Below are positions 58,841 through 64,000 of a DNA stretch of 64,000 nucleotides, in pieces. Source of the DNA: an uncultured Gammaproteobacteria bacterium (GTDB taxonomy: Bacteria; Patescibacteriota; Patescibacteriia; Patescibacteriales; GWC2-42-12); contig CAYXNZ010000002.1 in assembly GCA_964467155.1 (NCBI GenBank), positions 14,339 to 78,338 on the forward strand, given 5' to 3'. The stretch's first letter is position 1; each line of letters begins with the position of its first letter. Position numbers and translations under genes: made by a program. The notes beneath the pieces were generated by a model. The model saw only the letters and a program-made list of their open reading frames with translations. It made no database searches and had not been told where the DNA came from.

Positions 58841-58973
58841 ATGTCAAAATGTTTAGTCACTGGCGGAGCCGGTTTCACCCGCCCGCATCGCCAGCGAGAC
58901 ATAAATTTTTAGTTTACATATGTATTACAAAGTTTGAAGGATAATAATTTATATAATTTTTTAATTTAAATAT
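58841..58973. repeat. Duplicated 5' fragment (38 nt) of the epimerase gene plus a GC-rich filler, directly upstream of the intact gene
   Basis: atatgtcaaaatgtttagtcactggcggagccggtttc (58841-58878) versus atatgtcaaaatgtttagttaccggtggagccggtttc (58969-59006). There are 3 differences, all synonymous third positions. The fragment then runs into acccgcccgcatcgccagcgagacataa. Confidence 0.85.
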
Positions 58974-59882
58974 ATGTCAAAATGTTTAGTTACCGGTGGA
59001 GCCGGTTTCGTTGGCTCTAACTTAGTTGATGCGTTAATAGAACGTGGAGATGAAGTTATTGTTATAGATAATTTATCAACTGGAAAAAAAGAAAATTTAA
59101 ATTCAATGGCTGGATTTAATAATTTAGATTTAAGAAATTTAGAAGATATAAAACCATTTTTTGAAGGTGTTGATTATGTTTTTCATGTAGCCGCTTTAGC
59201 ACGCGTTCAGCCATCAATTGAAGACCCTGCTACCTATAATGATCATAATGTTAACGGCACATTGAATGTCTTGATAGCCTCAAGAGACGCAAAAGTTAAA
59301 AAAGTGATTTATAGCGCCTCATCTTCGGCCTATGGTAATCAAGAAAAAATGCCTTTAACCGAAGACATGGAAGCTGTTCCGATTAGCCCCTATGGTTTAC
59401 AAAAATATATTGGCGAAGAATATTGTCGTTTGTTCAGCTATGTATATAAATTGCCAACAGTTTGTTTACGTTATTTTAATGTTTATGGACCAAGGATGGT
59501 TTTGGAAGGAGCGTATGCTTCAGTTATCGGTATTTTTGGCAGGCAGAGAAAAAATAATAAATCAATGACTGTAGTCGGTGATGGCGAACAACTAAGAACT
59601 TATACTTATGTAAAAGATATCGTCAAAGCAAGCATCTTAGCCGCGGAAAGTGATATAAATAACGGACAGGCAATAAATACCGGTCAGAATAGTGAATATT
59701 CCGTGAATCAAATTGCCAAAATGATAGGTGGACCGACTACTAGCATTCCCTCGAGAATTGAACCTCGCCGTAATCTTTGTGACAATTCTTTAGCAAAAAA
59801 ATTGTTAAACTGGCAACCGACAGTTGATTTGCCAGAATGGATACAAGAATATAAAAAAGAATTAAAAATAGAGAGTTTATAA
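58974..59882 (+). CDS. NAD-dependent nucleotide-sugar epimerase (GalE/WbpP-like short-chain dehydrogenase)
   Basis: VTGGAGFVGSNL Rossmann motif and YxxxK (YGLQKYIGE). Confidence 0.85.
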   Translation: MSKCLVTGGAGFVGSNLVDALIERGDEVIVIDNLSTGKKENLNSMAGFNNLDLRNLEDIKPFFEGVDYVFHVAALARVQPSIEDPATYNDHNVNGTLNVLIASRDAKVKKVIYSASSSAYGNQEKMPLTEDMEAVPISPYGLQKYIGEEYCRLFSYVYKLPTVCLRYFNVYGPRMVLEGAYASVIGIFGRQRKNNKSMTVVGDGEQLRTYTYVKDIVKASILAAESDINNGQAINTGQNSEYSVNQIAKMIGGPTTSIPSRIEPRRNLCDNSLAKKLLNWQPTVDLPEWIQEYKKELKIESL

Positions 59883-59885
59883 AGT

Positions 59886-59926
59886 TTTCGCCAGAGGCGA
59901 ATCCGCCTTTGGCGGAAAAAGTTTAT
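59886..59926. repeat. Paired palindromes ttcgcc-aga-ggcgaa and tccgcc-tttg-gcgga (member of the CGCCAGAGGCG repeat family); likely an intergenic terminator
   Basis: Read directly between the epimerase and uxs genes. Same architecture as 29375-29408. Confidence 0.6.
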
Positions 59927-59948
59927 AAAGTTTGTAAAGTAAAAAGTT

Positions 59949-60902
59949 GTGAAAGATATAAAGCAAAAAATTATTTTAGTTACGGGTGGTGCCGGGTTCA
60001 TCGGCTCGCATTTGTGTAAAAAATTATTAGAACAAAATAATAAAGTTATTTGCTTGGACAATTTTTTTACTGGTAGCAAAAAGAATATCGAAAAATTATT
60101 GGAAAATAATAATTTTAAATTAGTTGAGCAAGATATTATAGAGCCGTATTTTACAGAAGAAAAAATTGATCAAGTATATAATTTAGCTTGTCCAGCTTCC
60201 CCAATATATTATCAGCATAACGCCATTAGAACCGTAAAAGCTAATACTATTGGTGTCATAAACATTCTTGGTTTGGCAAAAAAACATAAAGCTAGAATTT
60301 TACAAGCTTCAACTTCAGAAATCTACGGCAATCCATTAGAGCATCCACAAACAGAAAGTTATTGGGGCAATATTAATTGTACTGGTATCAGGTCTTGTTA
60401 TGACGAGGGTAAACGTTGCGCTGAAACTTTGTTTTTTGATTATCAACGTCAAAACAAGGTTGACATTAGAGTAGCGAGAATTTTTAATACTTATGGACCG
60501 AATATGCGCCCAGATGACGGCAGAGTTGTTTCAAATTTTATAGTTCAGGCAATTAAAGAAGAGGATATAACTATTTATGGTGATGGTAGTCAAACTAGAA
60601 GTTTTTGCTATGTCAGCGATTTGATTGATGGGTTGATAAAGTTAATGGAAAAAAATAATTTTTTTGGTCCAGTTAATCTAGGTAATCCGATTGAATTTTC
60701 GATGAAAGAAATATCAGAAAAAATATTATTATTGTTGAATAGCAAAAGTAAAATTATTTACAAAGATTTGCCGTCCGATGATCCGCAAAGAAGAAAGCCT
60801 GATATAAGTTTAGCTAAACGTCAATTGAATTGGCAACCTAGTATAAATTTAGATGAAGGTTTGATAACAACCATTGATTATTTTAAAAAAATATTAGCAT
60901 GA
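59949..60902 (+). CDS. uxs: UDP-glucuronate decarboxylase (UDP-xylose synthase)
   Basis: [12 protein letters not shown], YxxxK (YDEGKRCAE), and the characteristic [19 protein letters not shown] block. Confidence 0.85.
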   Translation: MKDIKQKIILVTGGAGFIGSHLCKKLLEQNNKVICLDNFFTGSKKNIEKLLENNNFKLVEQDIIEPYFTEEKIDQVYNLACPASPIYYQHNAIRTVKANTIGVINILGLAKKHKARILQASTSEIYGNPLEHPQTESYWGNINCTGIRSCYDEGKRCAETLFFDYQRQNKVDIRVARIFNTYGPNMRPDDGRVVSNFIVQAIKEEDITIYGDGSQTRSFCYVSDLIDGLIKLMEKNNFFGPVNLGNPIEFSMKEISEKILLLLNSKSKIIYKDLPSDDPQRRKPDISLAKRQLNWQPSINLDEGLITTIDYFKKILA

Positions 60903-62065
60903 AAAAAGTATTAATTTTTTCAACTGCATATTTTCCTTTTGTTGGTGGCGCAGAAGTGGCCGTGAAAGAAATTACCGACAGAATGGATGAGATTTCCGCC
61001 AGAGGCGGATCAATTTCTGACTGGAAATTTGACATGATAACAACTCGTATGAATAGGCGAGTTACTGCCTTTGAAAAGATTGGTAATGTAAATGTGCACA
61101 GAATTGGTATTGGTTGGCCATTGTTTGATAAGTATTTTTTAGCTTTTTTTGGACATTTTTATGCTATTGAATTACATAGAAAAAATAAATATGATTTGAT
61201 TTGGTCAATTATGGCTAGTTATGCAGGATTTGCTGCAATGTTTTTTAAAAAAAAATCAAAAATTCCCTTTTTGTTAACATTACAAGAAGGAGATTCTTTG
61301 GAATATATAAATAAACGAACTAGATTATTAAAACAATCATTCAGACAAATATTTATAAGAGCAGATTATATTCAATGCATTAGTAATTTTTTAGCTGATT
61401 GGGCGAGAAAAATGGGTGCTAATTGTTCAATAAAAGTTGTACCTAACGCAGTTGATATTGATAATTTCAACCAACATATAATTGTAGGTGAATTGAATAA
61501 ATTAAAAACTGACTTAGGTAAAAAAGAAAACGATATCTTTTTGATTCATGATGGACGATTAGTTCTTAAAAACGCTCTTGATGATATTATAAAAGCTTTG
61601 TCTTATTTACCTGATAATGTTAAGTTTTTGTCAGTTGGTTCTGGCTCTGATTTAAATAAACTCAAAAAAATAGCTAAAGATTTGAAGGTAGAAAAAAGAG
61701 TTATTTTTATTAATTATGTTAATCACAAGGAGTTGCCAAAATATTTAAGAATATCAGATATTTTTGTCCGACCTTCGCTTTCCGAAGGGCTGGGCAACTC
61801 TTTTTTAGAAGCTATGGCAGCTGAGATACCTGTGATCGCCACACCGGTTGGTGGTATTCCTGATTTTCTGAAAGATGGTGAAACTGGTTTATTTTGCGAA
61901 GTGCGAAATCCAAAGAGCATTGCTAAAAAAATTAAGTTAATTTTAAGCGATAAGGAGTTGAGTCATAGGTTAATAGTTAATGCCAAAAAAATGGTTTTAA
62001 CTAAATATGATTGGAATATTATTTCATGTGACATGAATAAAATATTTTGTAATTTAATTAAATAA
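60899..62065 (+). CDS. GT4-family glycosyltransferase
   Basis: C-terminal [40 protein letters not shown] motif. The coding sequence contains the ttccgccagaggcgga palindrome at 61003. Confidence 0.8.
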   Translation: MKKVLIFSTAYFPFVGGAEVAVKEITDRMDEISARGGSISDWKFDMITTRMNRRVTAFEKIGNVNVHRIGIGWPLFDKYFLAFFGHFYAIELHRKNKYDLIWSIMASYAGFAAMFFKKKSKIPFLLTLQEGDSLEYINKRTRLLKQSFRQIFIRADYIQCISNFLADWARKMGANCSIKVVPNAVDIDNFNQHIIVGELNKLKTDLGKKENDIFLIHDGRLVLKNALDDIIKALSYLPDNVKFLSVGSGSDLNKLKKIAKDLKVEKRVIFINYVNHKELPKYLRISDIFVRPSLSEGLGNSFLEAMAAEIPVIATPVGGIPDFLKDGETGLFCEVRNPKSIAKKIKLILSDKELSHRLIVNAKKMVLTKYDWNIISCDMNKIFCNLIK

Positions 62066-62070
62066 AAATT

Positions 62071-62601
62071 ATGAGTAACAAAACAAAAATTATTATTGCT
62101 GTAGCAATAATTCTCTTGGCAGCAGCCTCAAGATTAATTGAGCATCCTTTTAACTTTACACCGATCGTGGCGATGTCAATTTTCGCTGGTTGTTATCTGA
62201 AAAAATACTGGGCAATAGCTTTGCCATTAGGCGCTATGTTAATTAGTGATTATTTTATTGGATTTTACGATTGGCAGGTAATGGCTTCAGTTTATGCAAG
62301 CATTACCGTTGCTTTTGGCATCGGTTGGTTGTTATCAAAGCGTTTAAAATGGTACAACGTTGGCTTATCGGCTTTAGTCGCTTCAGTCGCATTTTTTGTT
62401 TTAACTAACCTGGCTGTTTGGGCATTTTTTAGTTGGTATCCGCATACTTGGGCCGGATTATTAAATTGTTTCACTTTGGCTTTACCATTTTTTAGAAACA
62501 CTTTAGCTGGCAATATTGTTTATGCTGGTGTTTTCTTCGGCGCTTACGAATTAGTAAATGTTTTAGCGTTCAGACTAAAAGAAACTAAACAAGGAATATA
62601 A
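62071..62601 (+). CDS. Hypothetical polytopic membrane protein (176 aa)
   Basis: ~5 hydrophobic helices. No motif recognised. Confidence 0.5.
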   Translation: MSNKTKIIIAVAIILLAAASRLIEHPFNFTPIVAMSIFAGCYLKKYWAIALPLGAMLISDYFIGFYDWQVMASVYASITVAFGIGWLLSKRLKWYNVGLSALVASVAFFVLTNLAVWAFFSWYPHTWAGLLNCFTLALPFFRNTLAGNIVYAGVFFGAYELVNVLAFRLKETKQGI

Positions 62602-62604
62602 AGA

Positions 62605-63036
62605 ATGCTAGAATTTTTATTTAAAATTGCCATAAAACATAAACGAATTATTAAATATATTATATCTGGCACTACGGCTTTTTCTGTTGACATCCTCTTT
62701 ATTTATGTTTTAACTGAATGGTTTTATGTCTGGTATTTATTATCGGCAGTTTTAGCATTCACGGTAGCTTTTTTTGTGAGTTTTTATTTGCAGAAATTCT
62801 GGACATTTCGTGATAACGATAGAAAGAAAATTTACAAGCAGATGGGTTTATATTTAATTATTGGTTTACTAAACCTTGTTATTAATACTGGATTTATGTA
62901 TTTACTGGTTGATGTTTTTGGCATCTGGTATTTATTCGCACAGGTAATCATGTGCGGTAGTATTGGGCTTTACAGTTTTTTAATTTATAACTTTTTAATT
63001 TTTAATAATAAAAAATGCCAAGAGATGGAAAAATAA
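62605..63036 (+). CDS. gtrA: GtrA-family membrane protein (polysaccharide synthesis / flippase accessory)
   Basis: IISGTTAFSVDILFIYVLTEWF...AFTVAFFVSFYLQKFWTFRD typical GtrA 4-TM pattern. 143 aa. Confidence 0.7.
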   Translation: MLEFLFKIAIKHKRIIKYIISGTTAFSVDILFIYVLTEWFYVWYLLSAVLAFTVAFFVSFYLQKFWTFRDNDRKKIYKQMGLYLIIGLLNLVINTGFMYLLVDVFGIWYLFAQVIMCGSIGLYSFLIYNFLIFNNKKCQEMEK

Positions 63037-63056
63037 ACCCCCACAACCCAGCTGTT

Positions 63057-64000
63057 TTGGGTGGGGGGGTAAAAATTTTAATAGCCACCGGAATTTATCC
63101 GCCCGATATCGGTGGACCAGCGACAATGTTGGGAAATTTGGTCATTTCACTTATTGAGAAAGATTTTTTTGTTAGAGTGATAACTTATTCAAAAAAGTTA
63201 TCTGTGGATTATGTCAGCGCTAACGAACCAAATGTTTATCGGGTAATAAAAAGCAAGAGTAATATAATAAATTATATTAAATATTTTTTTAAGCTTCTGC
63301 AATTATCTTTTTGGTCAGATATTATTTATGTAACAGAGACTTATAGTGTTGGTTATTTTGTTTATTTAATAAAAAAAATATTTAGAAAAAAATACATTGT
63401 TCGTTTTGCCGGCGATAGCGCCTGGGAAGCGTCAATGTCTGGTGGTTTGGTTAGTGATAATATTATTGAATTTCAAAATAAAACATATTCTAGTGAAGTT
63501 GAAAAATTGAAGAAAAAAAGAAAAAAGATTTTGCAAAATGCGGATGGTGTTATCGCGGTAAGTGAATTTATGGTTGAGTTGTTAAAAAAGATTGGCATAA
63601 ACGAAAATAAGATTAAGATGATATATAATTCAATTGATTTTTTTAATGAAAAAAATGTTAGCGATAGTGATGTTGATAAAATAAGAGCTAAATACGGGCA
63701 AGGCGCGAAAATAATTGTCACATCTTGCCGCTTAACCCGATGGAAAGGTGTAAGCGATATAATAGAGACATTGCCACGAGTCAAGAAAAAAATCGGCGCG
63801 GTTAAATTTATCGTATTAGGAGACGGGCCGGAAATGGAAAATTTAAAAAAAACAGCTAAAAAATCAGGCGTTGAATCTGACGTTGACTTTATCGGCAAAG
63901 TCCAAGAAGAAGACACTTTTGCTTTTATTAAAGTAGCCGATTTATATGTTTTAAATTCTTCTTATGAAGGATTATCACACGCATTATTAAATGCTATGCG
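63057..64000 (+). CDS. GT4-family glycosyltransferase, 5' part (continues beyond the window); start uncertain
   Basis: Open frame to the window end. KILIATGIYPPDIGGPATMLGNL resembles a GT4 N-domain. Only a TTG (63057), after a G7-containing hairpin, is available as an in-frame start. Confidence 0.5.
   Translation, partial: MGGGVKILIATGIYPPDIGGPATMLGNLVISLIEKDFFVRVITYSKKLSVDYVSANEPNVYRVIKSKSNIINYIKYFFKLLQLSFWSDIIYVTETYSVGYFVYLIKKIFRKKYIVRFAGDSAWEASMSGGLVSDNIIEFQNKTYSSEVEKLKKKRKKILQNADGVIAVSEFMVELLKKIGINENKIKMIYNSIDFFNEKNVSDSDVDKIRAKYGQGAKIIVTSCRLTRWKGVSDIIETLPRVKKKIGAVKFIVLGDGPEMENLKKTAKKSGVESDVDFIGKVQEEDTFAFIKVADLYVLNSSYEGLSHALLNAM

Noticed and set aside
63473-63916. Minus-strand 147-aa ORF
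   Set aside because: Antisense to the GT4 glycosyltransferase, which shows recognisable N-domain motifs.

Overview
This window is an AT-rich (~30-35% GC) bacterial chromosome segment. Gene content and organisation fit a Candidate Phyla Radiation (CPR/Patescibacteria) type genome. All calls below come from reading the sequence and motifs by eye; no searches were run.

Backbone, in order:
- 1-10.2 kb: S10-spc-type ribosomal protein operon (rplC tail, rplD, rplW, rplB, rpsS, rplV, rpsC, rplP, rpmC, rpsQ, rplN, rplX, rplE, rpsZ, rpsH, rplF, rplR, rpsE, rplO, secY). There is no rpmD (L30). Many of the proteins carry Lys/Glu-rich extensions, and L24 has a C4 zinc-ribbon tail.
- 10.3-29.3 kb: a hypothetical gene, a CaCA antiporter, adk, map, ruvX, recO, aspS, asnS, an NT5C-type nucleotidase, several hypotheticals, ybaK, scpA, scpB, a glycosyltransferase, a DD-carboxypeptidase, tpiA, fba and a TPR protein.
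- 20.25-22.46 kb: a higher-GC island whose main gene is a reversed-order PyrF-PyrE (OMP decarboxylase - orotate phosphoribosyltransferase) fusion.
- 29.4-29.9 kb: tRNA-Thr(GGT), tRNA-Tyr(GTA), rpmG (L33), tRNA-Trp(CCA).
- 33-48 kb: gyrB(-), ftsW, rplY, a DUF3048 protein, two pilin-like genes, prmC-prfA(-), rpmE(-), rpsB-tsf, a PSP1-domain protein, gap.
- 49.4-52.8 kb: an 1124-aa secreted multidomain nuclease, followed by five small SD-driven genes.
- 54.7-64 kb: a glycan locus (three GT4 glycosyltransferases, ugd, a wecC-like dehydrogenase, an epimerase, uxs, gtrA).

The most notable feature is a complete diversity-generating retroelement (DGR) at 30.2-32.7 kb:
- It has a target gene with a 3' variable repeat (VR), a 139-bp template repeat (TR), an inverted avd gene, and a reverse transcriptase with the LGxxxSQ motif.
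- TR and VR differ at 14 positions, and every one is an adenine in the TR.
- The cassette is driven by a consensus TTGACA-17-TATAAT promoter and has a hairpin just 3' of the VR.
- It lies inside a ~3.1 kb insertion at the 3' end of tRNA-Trp, bounded by a 20-bp direct repeat. No integrase is visible.

Other accessory items:
- A retron-type RT on the minus strand (42.7-43.5 kb) with an in-frame TAA, preceded by an inverted-repeat-flanked candidate msr/msd RNA.
- A DUF559 gene flanked by GC-rich inverted repeats and 49-bp tandem repeats (48.28-48.88 kb).
- A GC-rich multi-hairpin element at 46.37-46.56 kb and a recurring CGCCAG-loop-GGCG palindrome family.
- A 7-bp x4 tandem repeat inside a GT4 gene.
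- A duplicated 5' fragment of the epimerase gene.
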